From NCBI GenBank assembly GCA_963718615.1, contig OY970368.1, positions 5,408,001 to 5,472,000 of the forward strand: DNA of 64,000 nucleotides, written 5' to 3'. Position 1 is the first letter of the stretch. Each line of letters starts with the position of its first letter. Source of the DNA: an uncultured cyanobacterium (GTDB lineage Bacteria > Cyanobacteriota > Cyanobacteriia > PCC-9006 > JAAUQQ01). Below are positions 1 through 10,814 of this stretch, in pieces. The notes under the pieces were generated by a model. It was given only the letters and a program-made list of their open reading frames with translations. It searched no databases and was not told the origin of the DNA. The translations under genes were made by a program, and so were the position numbers.

Positions 1-213
1 CTCGGGGGGGCGACTGAGAACTATCAGCGAGATTATGCCCAACAACCTCGGGAATATGGCGATCGCGGCATCCTCGAATTATGGCAAGTTGACCTAGAGC
101 GCGCCTGGGTCAAAATTGGAACCCTAAAGGATAGAATCTATGAATTTGAGACCTTTCAGGGCGATGGCGAAACTGTCTCCCATAATTGCACCCACCTACT
201 TATCTACTTATAA
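1..213 (+). CDS. Uma2-family (PD-(D/E)XK) endonuclease, C-terminal part, possibly degenerate; runs off window start
   Basis: Frame 1 reads ...ENYQRDYAQQPREYGDRGILELWQVDLERAWV..., resembling the Uma2 'RDY..K..EYA..GIPEYWIVD' motif; stop TAA at 211-213. Confidence 0.6.
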   Translation, partial: LGGATENYQRDYAQQPREYGDRGILELWQVDLERAWVKIGTLKDRIYEFETFQGDGETVSHNCTHLLIYL

Positions 214-249
214 TATGAACACTGAGGAGCTAGTTTCTGGGGAAAAGTC

Positions 250-489
250 ATGACCACAATCAACGCACTGAAGGAAACATTAGACACCTTCACCGAAGAT
301 GAACTCCAATCGATTGCAGAGTTCATGGCATTCCTCAAGTTTCGGACGCAGCAGATCCCGCTAATTCCAGAGATCGAGGATACTCCAAAAGATCAAGTTC
401 TCACAGACTTTCACCAAGCTTGGCACGAGGCTTCAACGGATCAGGGCGTTCCGGTTGCTCAACTACGGGAAGAGCTAGAGAATGAGTAA
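250..489 (+). CDS. Small putative antitoxin-like protein
   Basis: 79 aa; 'DTPKDQVLTDFHQAWHEA..G..PVAQL' resembles cyanobacterial antitoxins usually coupled to RelE-type toxins. Confidence 0.5.
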   Translation: MTTINALKETLDTFTEDELQSIAEFMAFLKFRTQQIPLIPEIEDTPKDQVLTDFHQAWHEASTDQGVPVAQLREELENE

Positions 490-513
490 TCTCGATCTGA
501 TGACCTATCCCCA

Positions 514-855
514 ATGACCCTTCAAGAACTCGAAACCCAAATCCAAACCTTAACTCCGATAGAAAAAGCTCAGGTACTCCAACTCCTGCTGCAAACCAGT
601 AGTACGACCTCCCGCAGTATCACCAAAACCGCCGGCGTCATGGGAGGCGATGCATGCCTCGCCAACACCCGCCTGCCCGTGTGGCTCTTCGTCGATCTCC
701 ATAACCAAGGAGCCACCGACGCCGATATCCTTAAACTTTATCCTCACCTCAGCGCTGCCGATTTAGTGAATGTTTGGGTCTATGCCCACGCCAACCCAGA
801 AGAGATCGAAAAAGCCTTACAAGAACAAGAAGCTGCGATGCAAGAACCTGTCTAA
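514..855 (+). CDS. DUF433 family antitoxin-like protein
   Basis: 'ITKTAGVMGGDACLANTRLPVW...ILKLYPHLSAADL' DUF433 signature. Confidence 0.88.
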   Translation: MTLQELETQIQTLTPIEKAQVLQLLLQTSSTTSRSITKTAGVMGGDACLANTRLPVWLFVDLHNQGATDADILKLYPHLSAADLVNVWVYAHANPEEIEKALQEQEAAMQEPV

Positions 856-857
856 CT

Positions 858-1193
858 ATGACCCGCCTCTATGCCGACGAACAGTTTCCCAAAGCGACCT
901 CAGAGCAACTACGCGTCCTAGACCATGATGTATTAACCGTACAAGAAGCGGGAAACGCTGGTGATTCCGACCCAGAGGTTTTAGCCTTTGCCGTAGCAGC
1001 AGATCGCGCCGTTATTACCCAAAATCGTCGAGACTTTATTCGTCTGCATCGCCAGAGCTCTGAACATGCAGGCATCATCGTTTGCTCCGTGGACCAAGAT
1101 AGTGAAGCCCTGGCAAATCGCATCAACGCCGCTATCTTCGTAGAAAAACCCTTAGCTGGCAAGCTGATCCGCGTTGTTCGGCCTGCTCGATAA
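858..1193 (+). CDS. DUF5615 PIN-like toxin
   Basis: 'RLYADEQFP...HDVLTV...SDPEVLAFA...RAVITQNRRDF...HAGIIV'; ATG 2 nt after DUF433 stop. Confidence 0.88.
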   Translation: MTRLYADEQFPKATSEQLRVLDHDVLTVQEAGNAGDSDPEVLAFAVAADRAVITQNRRDFIRLHRQSSEHAGIIVCSVDQDSEALANRINAAIFVEKPLAGKLIRVVRPAR

Positions 1194-1220
1194 TTTCCAT
1201 AATTCCTCGTCGGAGGCCCC

Positions 1221-1769
1221 ATGAGCGAAGACCCCATCCTCAAAATCTGGCTGCTCGAATACGACAAACTCAAAGCCGAACAAACCCAACGCATCGGCTT
1301 CCGCGACAACCTCCTCTACGTCACCCTCGGCCTCTTCGGCGTCATCCTCCCCTTCGCCCTCTCCAGCCCCAGCAACTACCGTGCCCTCCTCGTCATTCCC
1401 TGGGTCAGTCTCATCTTAGGCTGGACCTACCTAATCAACGACGAAAAAATCTCCGCCATCGGACGCTATATCCGCCTCACCCTCACCGAAAAAATCAAAA
1501 CCAAAACCAACCATGCCGAGATCGAATCCCTCTTCGGCTGGGAAATTGCCCATCGCAGCGACACCCGCCGCTCCCGCCGCAAAATCGAACAACTGGTCGT
1601 TGATCAAATTACGTTCGTGGTCTCCGGTATCGCTGCTGTGATCATCTTTTGGATGCTCGTGCCCACCGCTAGTTTGGTGTTGAAAGGGTTGGCGATCGCC
1701 GAAATCCTCTTTCTCCTCATTCTCGCCTACGAAATCATCATCTACGCAGACCTCGCCAAAGGTCGATAA
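1221..1769 (+). CDS. Hypothetical 4-TM membrane protein
   Basis: 182 aa, four hydrophobic segments, 'EYDKLKAEQTQRIGFRDNLLY' and 'GWTYLINDEKISAIGRYIR' blocks. Confidence 0.75.
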   Translation: MSEDPILKIWLLEYDKLKAEQTQRIGFRDNLLYVTLGLFGVILPFALSSPSNYRALLVIPWVSLILGWTYLINDEKISAIGRYIRLTLTEKIKTKTNHAEIESLFGWEIAHRSDTRRSRRKIEQLVVDQITFVVSGIAAVIIFWMLVPTASLVLKGLAIAEILFLLILAYEIIIYADLAKGR

Positions 1770-1839
1770 CCGCCGGGAGCACAGCCATGCCTAAAGCCAT
1801 GCAATGCAACCCAATAATTAGGTTGAGCTACTTTAATCG

Positions 1840-2382
1840 CTAAAACGCATAGTCCTCATTATCTAACGCATCATCATCCAGATCCGAGCTTTCAATCGGG
1901 GCTAAACGCACCGCACTGGAAAACCCAGCCGCCTTAAATTGTTCCAGTTGCAGCGGAGGTTTTTGGCTCGACGGAACTGAAATTCGGATAGAAAAATCAC
2001 TCTTTCCAGATGGCACCTCAGGAATTCCACCTAGGCGCGTGCGGTTTTGCATGACAGAGTTGTGGGATTGGTCATACACCCGGCCAAAGACATCCGCATC
2101 GTAGACCGTCTTCCCCGTTGGGTTATTGACCGTGCCCAGAATTAAATAGCAAGTTGCGGGCTGGCTACTGCCGCTGGCAACCATCCCCCCCGCAATTTCC
2201 TCGGGGCATTCTTCGTAGCGAATATTTGAGACCGACATTTGGGTAATCGCGTAGGCCGGAGCCGCGATCGCCAGGTTCAGCAAAACCAGTCCCAAGCAAA
2301 ACCCTACCCAGAACCGAGTTCTCAAGCGGTTTCTCAAGTGAGGTCTCAAGCCGGTGAGATGCGATCGCAGTTGTTGCAACAT
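1840..2382 (-). CDS. Conserved cyanobacterial exported hypothetical protein
   Basis: Signal-like segment ending APAYA, then 'VYDADVFGRVYD...QNRTRLG...LEQFKAAGF'; start uncertain. Confidence 0.7.
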   Translation of the reverse strand: MLQQLRSHLTGLRPHLRNRLRTRFWVGFCLGLVLLNLAIAAPAYAITQMSVSNIRYEECPEEIAGGMVASGSSQPATCYLILGTVNNPTGKTVYDADVFGRVYDQSHNSVMQNRTRLGGIPEVPSGKSDFSIRISVPSSQKPPLQLEQFKAAGFSSAVRLAPIESSDLDDDALDNEDYAF

Positions 2383-2460
2383 TGCTTTCCCCGTATTCCA
2401 ATGACTATGGCAATGATTATGGCAAATCCCGGTCCCCTCAGCACCTGGATCCAACCGCTG

Positions 2461-3225
2461 CTACTGAACCGGCGCGGCTTCCGCTGCGTCGCCCACCCGC
2501 TGAGAGGTGTAGCCCGTACCCCGCACCGTAATAATCAGCTCAGGATTGCGCGGATCGGGTTCCAGTTTCGATCGTAGCCGTGCCACATAGACATCCACCA
2601 CCCGCAGATCCGCAGCCCGACGCGGGGGATAGCCCCACAGCTCCTGCAAAATCTCAGCGCGGGGAACGACCTGGCCCGGTTGGCGAAACAGCATCTCTAA
2701 CAAACTAAATTCGGTGTAGGTCAAGGGCACCCGCTGTCCCTCACGAAACACCTGACGACGGTTCGTATCAATTTCAATGCGTCCAATGGACAGAATGCCC
2801 TGCTGGGAAGGGGCCGCATTCACCGAAGAATCTACACGGCGCAAAATGCAGGCGATCCGAGCCTCTAGCTCCTTGGGGGAAAAAGGCTTCGCCAAGTAGT
2901 CATCGGCTCCAATGTCCAAGCCCGCAATGCGATCGGCGATCGTCCCCAAGGCCGACAGCATGATGATGGGAACGTTGGAGTCCTTGCGCAACTGGCGGCA
3001 GACTCCGTAGCCATCGAGCTTCGGCAACATCACATCTAAAACAATCAGATCAGGCACCTCAGCCTCGTAGACCTCTAGGGCCTCTTCTCCATCAGAGGCG
3101 ACAATAACCTGGTAGCCCGCCATGGAGAGACGCATGGTGAGAATTCGACGCACTGCCGCCTCATCATCGACGACGAGGATTTTTTCTTTGACACGGCTTT
3201 CATCTTTGGGGGTGTAATTCGCCAT
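2461..3225 (-). CDS. srrA: OmpR-family response regulator, RpaB paralog (SrrA-like)
   Basis: Receiver (ILVVDDE, LDVMLP, KPFSPKEL) plus winged helix 'WGYPPRRAADLRVVDVYVARLR' typical of SrrA rather than RpaB. Confidence 0.75.
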   Translation of the reverse strand: MANYTPKDESRVKEKILVVDDEAAVRRILTMRLSMAGYQVIVASDGEEALEVYEAEVPDLIVLDVMLPKLDGYGVCRQLRKDSNVPIIMLSALGTIADRIAGLDIGADDYLAKPFSPKELEARIACILRRVDSSVNAAPSQQGILSIGRIEIDTNRRQVFREGQRVPLTYTEFSLLEMLFRQPGQVVPRAEILQELWGYPPRRAADLRVVDVYVARLRSKLEPDPRNPELIITVRGTGYTSQRVGDAAEAAPVQ

Positions 3226-3405
3226 CGAGAATGCGCTTTTTATTAAGAGAATTTATTTATCGGTGCCCTAATTGTAACAAAGTTTGAAGCCAGGGTTGGC
3301 GATCGCCCCCAAATGAGTCCAGATTCCCCCAGAGTCCTCCAGAGGCGCGCCAGCTCCCACTCCCTCCCACTCCCTCCCACTCTCTCTCACTCCGCCTCCC
3401 ATTCC

Positions 3406-4713
3406 CTAGCCATTCCAAGCCGTCTCGGCATCCTGAAGCGCCGTCTCAACGGTTTTTGCACCCAGCATGGCCGCCTGGAGGTTTTCATAGATGGCCTTTT
3501 GCAGCTTGTTCAAATCCTTCATCGCTGGGACCAAGACCTCGGCGTCCTGCATTTGGCTGGCGCTGACGGCGCGGGCCTGCTCCACGGCGGAGGCTTTTTC
3601 TCCCAAGGCTGTCAGTCCGTCCACATAGTCTGCCAGGGCCTTTTCGGTCGAAGGCAAGACATTAGCCTCCCGCGCAAAGGTCAACTGGTTCGCCGAATTG
3701 GTGACGAATAGCGCAAACTTGAGCGCGCCGTCTGGATTATCGGTGCCCTTGGGAATTACGAGGTTCATCACCGCGACATTTTTCTTGCCGGTGCTGCCGG
3801 TAATTTGGCTGCTGGCGGCGGAAACTTCGGCAATTTGAGGGGCGTTGGTCGTGATCGTATTCAGAAATTCTGCGCCAGAGGACAAGATCGCCGTTTGGCC
3901 TGACTGGTAGAGGTCGATGGCTCGACGATGGCCCTGGGTCAGGACTTCCTGGGGCAGGAGCTTATTTTGATAGAGGTCAACCCAGTACTGAAACGCCGCT
4001 TTACCCTCAGGTGAATTAAACGCCGCCTTGCCCTCAGCATCCACCAAGGTGACGCCCATTTGGACCATGGATTCCAGCAGTTCCCCAGAATCCTCGGGCA
4101 CAACAGTCGTAAAAAAGGCATACTTGCCGGTCTTTTCCTTCATCAACCGGGCTGCCGTCGCCAGTTCCTCATAGGTTGTGGGGGTTTTTTCGATGCCCGC
4201 CTGTTTGAGTAAATCCTGGTTATAAATGGCGACGCGGGTGGTGAGATACCAGGGTAAGCCAAAGCTGACCTCGCCCAAACTGCTGGCCTGCCAGATTTTC
4301 GGCAAGTATTCGGCCTTGGCTTCCGGCGCAACCACTTCATTGAGGTTGAGCCAAGCGTCTCGCCCTGCAAGCTGCGAAGCAAAATCGGGGTTGAGATTAA
4401 CCACATCCGGTGCGGTTCCCGCCGACACCGCCGAGAGGATTTTGCTCTCCATGGCAGTCCAAGGCACATCCACCCATTTGACCTTGAGGTCAGGGTTCTG
4501 CTGCTCAAAATCCGCGATCAGTCCGTTGAAATAATCCGTGAATTTGGGTTGAAGCTGCATCGTCCAAAATTCAATTTCAGGGTTTGCCGCTGAGTTCCTC
4601 GCGGTTTGGGACGGCGCACCACAACTAGCCACCCCCCAGCAGAGCAACAGACCCACAAGCATCAAATGGAGAAAACGCCGCCGAACGCGATTCCAAGCAA
4701 AGGAAAAGGCCAT
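3406..4713 (-). CDS. Sugar ABC transporter substrate-binding lipoprotein
   Basis: Lipobox VASC; 'IEFWTMQLQPKF', 'APDVVNLNP', 'LPWYLTT'. Confidence 0.88.
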   Translation of the reverse strand: MAFSFAWNRVRRRFLHLMLVGLLLCWGVASCGAPSQTARNSAANPEIEFWTMQLQPKFTDYFNGLIADFEQQNPDLKVKWVDVPWTAMESKILSAVSAGTAPDVVNLNPDFASQLAGRDAWLNLNEVVAPEAKAEYLPKIWQASSLGEVSFGLPWYLTTRVAIYNQDLLKQAGIEKTPTTYEELATAARLMKEKTGKYAFFTTVVPEDSGELLESMVQMGVTLVDAEGKAAFNSPEGKAAFQYWVDLYQNKLLPQEVLTQGHRRAIDLYQSGQTAILSSGAEFLNTITTNAPQIAEVSAASSQITGSTGKKNVAVMNLVIPKGTDNPDGALKFALFVTNSANQLTFAREANVLPSTEKALADYVDGLTALGEKASAVEQARAVSASQMQDAEVLVPAMKDLNKLQKAIYENLQAAMLGAKTVETALQDAETAWNG

Positions 4714-4896
4714 GGAGGATGTCGTGAAGAAGAGCGGGATCTAGAGTAATACATTGCAGTAATACATTGCTGGGGATTCTGCGATTTGGCTGAGCCGCAG
4801 GGGTACCCTAAACGATAAGCCTCGATCGCTCCCGACCTAACCCGCTTGCTAGCCGGGGGCGATCGCGGAATTTTGGTCAACTCAGGAAACCGCGTT

Positions 4897-5643
4897 ATGA
4901 GCTACTCCGTCGCTGAGCCACTCGGGTCCATTCCCGATGAGCAGAATGCCTGGGACCGTGAAGCCTGGGCAAGTGTCGTGGAGCCAGGGGAAACATTTTT
5001 TGCACTGGGAAATTCGGTGGGTCGATTGCTGTGCGATCGCGACTACACGATCATCCTAGGCCGCGCCTCTAGCCAGTATGCGGTGCCCCATCTTGCCGAA
5101 CAGTGGCAGGCTGCCCAAACCGCCATCTACCAGCTTGTTGGCCTCTGTGATGCCCTCGATAGCGATGGCATCACCCTGTATACGCCCAAGCCCGAGGCGC
5201 TGATCCAGCCGCATTTTCAATGCCACGAGGCCGTCACGAGTTCGACCCTACAAACGATTTTGGCGGGGCAAACCTGTCCTGAAGCGATCAATCTGACGCT
5301 CTGCCTCCAAACGGCCCTCGCCCATTATTTTCGCCGCAAGGCCGAGGGCCGCACTAAAGCCAATGGTGAGGTCATTTTGGCCCTGTTTGATGGCGAACCC
5401 CTGAATCGCATGGGGATTGTGCGGGCGATCGTTGACGCGACTAAACATATCAACCATGCCGGAGAGCTAGGGATTGGCCTCTTGCAGATTGGCGACAACT
5501 CCATCGCCGAGGGCTTCTTTAGCCTGCTCGATCACGACTTGCAGCTTGCAGGCGCGGCCTTTGACATCGTCAAATTCTGGAAAGTTGATTCCCTCAATGG
5601 CGATAGCTTAACCGAGTTTTTGACGGAGGTTATCCGTCACTAG
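4897..5643 (+). CDS. vWA-like domain protein with degenerate MIDAS
   Basis: 'RDYTIIL...DSDGITLY...[12 protein letters not shown]...[10 protein letters not shown]...[15 protein letters not shown]' matches cyanobacterial vWA proteins. Confidence 0.7.
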   Translation: MSYSVAEPLGSIPDEQNAWDREAWASVVEPGETFFALGNSVGRLLCDRDYTIILGRASSQYAVPHLAEQWQAAQTAIYQLVGLCDALDSDGITLYTPKPEALIQPHFQCHEAVTSSTLQTILAGQTCPEAINLTLCLQTALAHYFRRKAEGRTKANGEVILALFDGEPLNRMGIVRAIVDATKHINHAGELGIGLLQIGDNSIAEGFFSLLDHDLQLAGAAFDIVKFWKVDSLNGDSLTEFLTEVIRH

Positions 5644-6274
5644 GAGCAGTGTTGGGAAGCGACGCCACGGGTTTTACCGCCTTCGGTGTCCGGGTACGCC
5701 GCCGCTTTTCCTTTTTGGGCTTGGGTTCGGTCTTCAAATCCAAGAGGCCTGGAGGCGGAATAATTTCGATGCGCTGGGCTTCCAAATCCACCACCGGCAC
5801 AATGTCATAGACAAAGGGAATCAAGACCTTCGCCGCCGAATCGTTGAGGGCAACTTCCAGGAGGTCATTCCCCGCCATCAACACATCTACGACAGTACCG
5901 ATCGCCTCCCCCTGGGTTTGGTCAATCACGGTTAAACCGACTAAATCCATCACATGGAACTCGCCCTCATCAAGGGGCAATCGCTCCGTTGCCGCCACAA
6001 AGATCTCCGCCTGCCGCAGTTGCTCGGCTTGGTCTCGGTCGTCGATGTCGGCCAGCCGGATGACATAGAGGTCTTTGTTGGGCAAGAGGCGGCCCGCCAC
6101 CAGTTCAACCCGTTCCGGTTCTGGGGCATTGGGGCGGCGGAGCCAGCGATCGCCCGGTTCCAAAAACCGCTCGGGAAAATCCGTCTCTGAATAAACCCGC
6201 AGCTCCCCATGGAGCCCTTGGGGAGACACAATCCGACCAATCAAAATCCAATCTTGGGGGTCCAGTTCGGTCAT
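5630..6274 (-). CDS. rimM: Ribosome maturation factor RimM
   Basis: '[16 protein letters not shown]', '[11 protein letters not shown]', '[14 protein letters not shown]'. Confidence 0.95.
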   Translation of the reverse strand: MTELDPQDWILIGRIVSPQGLHGELRVYSETDFPERFLEPGDRWLRRPNAPEPERVELVAGRLLPNKDLYVIRLADIDDRDQAEQLRQAEIFVAATERLPLDEGEFHVMDLVGLTVIDQTQGEAIGTVVDVLMAGNDLLEVALNDSAAKVLIPFVYDIVPVVDLEAQRIEIIPPPGLLDLKTEPKPKKEKRRRTRTPKAVKPVASLPNTAPSDG

Positions 6275-6335
6275 AAAACCTGCAATTGATCTATTGAATC
6301 TAATGAATCTAAAGCTTGAGCATAAAGGATTAAGG

Positions 6336-7268
6336 TTAAGCTCCAGGCGGAAACGGCGTGGGCGGAAACGGCGTGGGCATTACGCCTGAGTTAGCCCGAA
6401 TCATCGTCCCGATGCCAGAATCCGTCAGAATTTCCATCAGGAGGGCATGGGGAATACGGCCATCGATAATGTGGGCAGCTTTGACACCTTGGGCGAGCGA
6501 TCGCACACAGCACTTCACCTTGGGAATCATCCCCCCCGCCACGGTACCATCCGCAATCAGCTCCCGCGCCTGGTGAATATCCACCTCAGAAATCAGCGTG
6601 GAGGGATCCTTATAGTCCCGCAAAATGCCCGAGGTATCGGTCAGCAAAATTAACTTTTCCGCCCCCAGGGCGGCGGCGATTTCACCGGCCACGGTGTCCG
6701 CATTGATGTTGTAGGCTTGGCCCATTTCATCGGCAGCAACGCTGGACACCACCGGGATGTAGTCGAGATCGACCAGGCCCTCTAGCAAAGCAGGGCGAAT
6801 CAGATTCACCTCCCCCACAAAGCCGATGCCTTCCTGCTCCGAAGGTCGGGCTGTAATAAGATTGCCATCCTTGCCACAGAGGCCGATCGCCGCCCCACCC
6901 GCCCGATTGATCATCGTGACGATTTCTTTGTTGACTCGGCCTACCAACACCATTTCCACCACTTCCATCGTGGCGGCGTCGGTAACCCGCAGCCCATCCT
7001 TAAACTGGGGCTCAATGCCAATTTTGGTCAACCATGTATTGATCTCAGGGCCTCCGCCATGGACCACCACTGGGTGAATACCAATACAGGCCAGCAGGAC
7101 CACATCGCGAATGACTTTGTCCTTGAGGGCGTCATCCTTCATCGCCGCGCCACCGTATTTGATCACGATGGTGCGGCCTGCAAATTGCTGAATATAGGGC
7201 AAGGATTCGCTGAGGATCTTGACCCGCATCGCGGCATCCTCTTCGATATGGTCGAGATGGGGAAGCAT
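6336..7268 (-). CDS. argB: Acetylglutamate kinase
   Basis: 'VIKYGGAAM', 'VHGGGPEI', 'GLRVTD', 'NINADTVA', 'GGMIPKV'. Confidence 0.97.
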   Translation of the reverse strand: MLPHLDHIEEDAAMRVKILSESLPYIQQFAGRTIVIKYGGAAMKDDALKDKVIRDVVLLACIGIHPVVVHGGGPEINTWLTKIGIEPQFKDGLRVTDAATMEVVEMVLVGRVNKEIVTMINRAGGAAIGLCGKDGNLITARPSEQEGIGFVGEVNLIRPALLEGLVDLDYIPVVSSVAADEMGQAYNINADTVAGEIAAALGAEKLILLTDTSGILRDYKDPSTLISEVDIHQARELIADGTVAGGMIPKVKCCVRSLAQGVKAAHIIDGRIPHALLMEILTDSGIGTMIRANSGVMPTPFPPTPFPPGA

Positions 7269-7329
7269 GGTGATATCTGGAAATCTAAGCGTTCGGGAGC
7301 AAGGGTTTCTAGAGCGAGGCCTGAGCGCG

Positions 7330-7896
7330 TTAGACCGCTGCCGCCGCTTGGTTTTGGGTGGAGATCAAAACCAGTTCGATCTGATTGGGCTCAGCGGATT
7401 GGATCTCCGCCCCCAAATTGGGTCCAAAAAAGCGGGCAATGCGGTCCTGCTTTTTGCGCCAGGCTTCGAGGTCAATATGGGGAGAATCAAAGGTTAAAAC
7501 GAGGGCATAGTGGCCAGCCCGAACTTCTTCGCGAATTTTTTGCAGCACAGGTCGCTGGTCGTCGTTAGGGCTCAACCCTAAGGATTCTAGGGCTCCGACC
7601 AGGTGACCTTCCTCACCATAGCGAAAGCGAGTGACATCCTTACGGACCTGGTTTTGCGTACTCGTCGCCCATTGCTCTCGCAGGGCCAACACCTCCGCTG
7701 AAGGGATGGGCTCGTTCGGGACGGGTTTGAGCTCCGCCGATTTAAGGGCCAGCCCTCCCAACAACAGCGGAATGCCATAAAAAAATCCCGCCAGGTTCAG
7801 CGTCGGTCGATCCGTGGCGTAGGCCCAAAAACCGAGAAGGGTAAGGACCAAGCCAATGACGACACCAACGGTACCCAGGGGAATTTTACGCAGCAT
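7330..7896 (-). CDS. DUF2854 family membrane protein
   Basis: '[21 protein letters not shown]...[14 protein letters not shown]...FFGP'; usual neighbour of argB. Confidence 0.88.
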   Translation of the reverse strand: MLRKIPLGTVGVVIGLVLTLLGFWAYATDRPTLNLAGFFYGIPLLLGGLALKSAELKPVPNEPIPSAEVLALREQWATSTQNQVRKDVTRFRYGEEGHLVGALESLGLSPNDDQRPVLQKIREEVRAGHYALVLTFDSPHIDLEAWRKKQDRIARFFGPNLGAEIQSAEPNQIELVLISTQNQAAAAV

Positions 7897-7991
7897 AGTT
7901 CTCTCAAAAAGGCATTTTTTTATAGTACGGCCTTCGTCGAACCGCTGCGTCAGAGGATGGCGATAATTCTGCGGATCCTTCCGGTCGCCTG

Positions 7992-9116
7992 CTATCGCCC
8001 AAATCCCGGAATTAGGCCCGTGCTAAGCCTTTTCAGGGCACGGTTGGCAATATCGGCGTAGCGCAGTTCCCCCACAAGGATTTGAGCCATGCGGGTAGTC
8101 GCCGAAGGTCGCTTAATACCGGCCTTGTAGCCCATTTGAGGCACGCGATAGAAGACCCCAGCTAAGCGCTGAGCCCAAACCATGTCACTCCCCCAACGGT
8201 CGTGGATCTGAGCGGTGTAGTTGGCGAGGGCACCGGCATTGCCGTCGAGGGCTTGGGCGATCGCCTCCGCTGCCTTCACCCCACTAAACATTGCCGGACG
8301 AATCCCCTCCGCTGTAAAGGGATCCACCAACGAAGCCGCTTCCCCGGCCAAGAGTGCCTGCTGGGTATGCAACGTCTGATTCCCGTCCCAGAGCGCCAAA
8401 GGATGGACCTGTTGCTCCGCTTGCTGGGCATTGATGCCGAAATGCTGGGCGTACTGGCTCAACGCTGGGGCAAAATTCTCGTCATCGTTGCCCCGGAATG
8501 TGCTCACGCCGATGGAATAGCCGTCTGCCTTGGGAAAGTTCCAAAGGGACCCGTTTTTCACCAGGCCAAACTCAAAGGCGGCCCTGGCTTCCGGCGCACC
8601 CGTCTGGGCTTCCAGCGTCATAGCCTGGCGGGTTTTACGCCCCTTGAACCCCAGCCAATCGGCCATGGGTCCCTTGGCCCCATCCGCAGCAATGAGATAC
8701 CGACCTTCCACCGGTCCCGCAGCGGTTTGCACCTGCCAGTGGTCTCCCTGAAACTGAATCCCCGTGACGGCGGTGCCATCCCGCAACTCCGCCCCTGCCC
8801 CCTGGGCCTGCTTCATCAAAAACGCATCAAACACATCCCGACGGACCATCCACATGGGTTCAGCGGTTTCAATCCCCACATCCACCGGATCCCCGAGCTT
8901 CCATGTAAAGCGAATGGCATCCACCGTGGACGAAATCGCGGGAGCAAAATCAAAGTCAAACCATTGGGCGACCTGCGGAGAGACCCCACCACAGCAAGGC
9001 TTGTATCGAGGAAAGACCTCTTTTTCGAGTACTAGAACCGAACGCCCGCCTTTCGCCAGGTGATAGGCGGCAGCACCGCCCGCTGGGCCAGCGCCCACGA
9101 TAATGCAGTCAAACAT
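7992..9116 (-). CDS. Geranylgeranyl reductase-family FAD oxidoreductase
   Basis: 'FDCIIVGAGPAG', 'PRYKPCCGG', 'IAADGA', 'GEAASLVDPFTAEGIRPA'. Confidence 0.88.
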   Translation of the reverse strand: MFDCIIVGAGPAGGAAAYHLAKGGRSVLVLEKEVFPRYKPCCGGVSPQVAQWFDFDFAPAISSTVDAIRFTWKLGDPVDVGIETAEPMWMVRRDVFDAFLMKQAQGAGAELRDGTAVTGIQFQGDHWQVQTAAGPVEGRYLIAADGAKGPMADWLGFKGRKTRQAMTLEAQTGAPEARAAFEFGLVKNGSLWNFPKADGYSIGVSTFRGNDDENFAPALSQYAQHFGINAQQAEQQVHPLALWDGNQTLHTQQALLAGEAASLVDPFTAEGIRPAMFSGVKAAEAIAQALDGNAGALANYTAQIHDRWGSDMVWAQRLAGVFYRVPQMGYKAGIKRPSATTRMAQILVGELRYADIANRALKRLSTGLIPGFGR

Positions 9117-9300
9117 AGGATTGATGGTCAATGTTTAATTTTTAGTGAGCTTTGCCTATCGATTGTCTATAGAGCGCCTATAGAATCTGCGCCCCTCTCA
9201 GCGCCAAAAGTCGACATTCCGAGGCTCTAGGCTAAATACCCTTTCCAGGCGGTCTGTCAACTATCCGTAACCTTCTGACTTGAGTAGCATTTTAGACAAG

Positions 9301-9328
9301 AAAGGGACATGGTAGGCCATGTCCCTTT
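9301..9328. terminator. Perfect 12-bp hairpin downstream of frr
   Basis: AAAGGGACATGG-TAGG-CCATGTCCCTTT about 20 bp after frr stop. Confidence 0.7.
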
Positions 9329-9347
9329 CCTTTTCCTCCCAAAAAGG

Positions 9348-9896
9348 CTAGACGGTAAGGATGTCCTTCTCTTTTTCGCCCAGGATTTGTTCGACCTTTT
9401 CGGTGTATTTATCTGTTAGTTTTTGAATCTCGTCTTGAATGTCACGGGATTCGTCCTGAGAAATGTCGCTATTTTTTTCCTGTTTCCGCACTGCATCCAC
9501 CGCATCACGGCGAATATTGCGAATGGCGACCTTGCCCTCTTCGGCGTACTTGGCAGCGATTTTGACCAGTTCTTTGCGGCGATCGCTCGTCAGCGGTGGA
9601 ATATTCAACCGAATCACCGAGCCATCATTGCTGGGCGTAATGCCCACATCGGACATCATGATCGCCTTTTCGATATTGCCCATGCTGCCCCGATCAAAGG
9701 GCTGAATCATAATTGTCGTGGCATCGGGCGTATTGATATTGGCCAAAGACTTAAGCGGTGTGTCTGCGCCATAGTATTCAACCGTGATGCGGTCTAGGAT
9801 ACTGGCGTTGGCTCGACCCGTGCGAATCGTATTGAAGGATCGCTGGGTGGCCTCCACCGACTTCTGCATATGATCTTCGATTTCAGATAGGTTCAC
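9348..9896 (-). CDS. frr: Ribosome recycling factor
   Basis: '[12 protein letters not shown]', '[11 protein letters not shown]', '[11 protein letters not shown]'. Confidence 0.97.
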   Translation of the reverse strand: MNLSEIEDHMQKSVEATQRSFNTIRTGRANASILDRITVEYYGADTPLKSLANINTPDATTIMIQPFDRGSMGNIEKAIMMSDVGITPSNDGSVIRLNIPPLTSDRRKELVKIAAKYAEEGKVAIRNIRRDAVDAVRKQEKNSDISQDESRDIQDEIQKLTDKYTEKVEQILGEKEKDILTV

Positions 9897-10606
9897 GCGA
9901 CACCTCTCACAATGGTTCCGATAGGCTCACCCGATGCGGCCCGCTGGATATTCCCTTCCTCAAACAGATTAAAAACCATAATTGGGATCGAGTTGTTTTT
10001 GCAGAGTGCGATCGCCGTATTGTCCATCACACCCAACTCTTTATTGAGCACGTCACTGTAAGAGAGGGTCTCGTAGCGCTTCGCATCGGGGTTGGTTTTT
10101 GGATCACAATCATACACCCCGTCCACTTTGGTCGCCTTGAAAACCACATCGGCATTGATTTCAGCGGCCCGCAGTGCGGCAGTGGTATCGGTGGTGAAAT
10201 AGGGATTGCCGGAGCCTCCCCCAAATATAACAACGCGCCCCTTTTCTAGGTGGCGCATGGCTCGGCGGCGAATGTAAGGTTCAGCAACTTCCTGAATGGT
10301 AATCGCGGTTTGCACCCTAGTGGGCATCCCCGCTCGCTCCAAGGCATCCTGGAGGGTCATGGCGTTCATCACCGTCGCAATCATGCCAATGTAGTCCGCC
10401 GTGGAGCGGTCCATGCCCGCCGCAGACCCTTTCAATCCTCGAAAAATGTTGCCGCCTCCCACCACAATGGCAAGCTGAATGCCACTTTGGGCAACACCTG
10501 CGATTTCCTGGGCGATGCGATCGACCACGAGTGGATCAATGCCATAGGGTAAATCCCCCATGAGTGCCTCACCACTGAGCTTAAGAAGAATGCGCTGATA
10601 CGCCAT
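9893..10606 (-). CDS. pyrH: UMP kinase
   Basis: '[13 protein letters not shown]', 'GGGNIFRG', 'NPYFTTDT'. Confidence 0.97.
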   Translation of the reverse strand: MAYQRILLKLSGEALMGDLPYGIDPLVVDRIAQEIAGVAQSGIQLAIVVGGGNIFRGLKGSAAGMDRSTADYIGMIATVMNAMTLQDALERAGMPTRVQTAITIQEVAEPYIRRRAMRHLEKGRVVIFGGGSGNPYFTTDTTAALRAAEINADVVFKATKVDGVYDCDPKTNPDAKRYETLSYSDVLNKELGVMDNTAIALCKNNSIPIMVFNLFEEGNIQRAASGEPIGTIVRGVA

Positions 10607-10814
10607 ACGTTGAAAATCCTAATCTCTGCTTGCCCAATTTCTGCTGGCCCAACAATGGGGAGCCCGATCGCACCCTGACAAATTTTCCGGGCATATTTTC
10701 CCCAAATACCATAAGCCAAGGGTTGTCCCTTTGCCTATGCCACAAGTCGGCAGACCTGGAAACCCAGGATAAAATTCAGGGTGCAACGGAGATGCAACGG
10801 AGAGGCAACGGGGC

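Noticed and set aside
3270-3290. HLR1 (RpaB) site upstream of srrA
   Set aside because: Only one good half-site (GTTACAAT on the minus strand); the partner half matches poorly
8202-9035. Long antisense ORFs over housekeeping genes (also 16630-17256, 32704-33489, 61940-62605)
   Set aside because: Shadow frames of GC-rich coding sequence with no recognisable motifs
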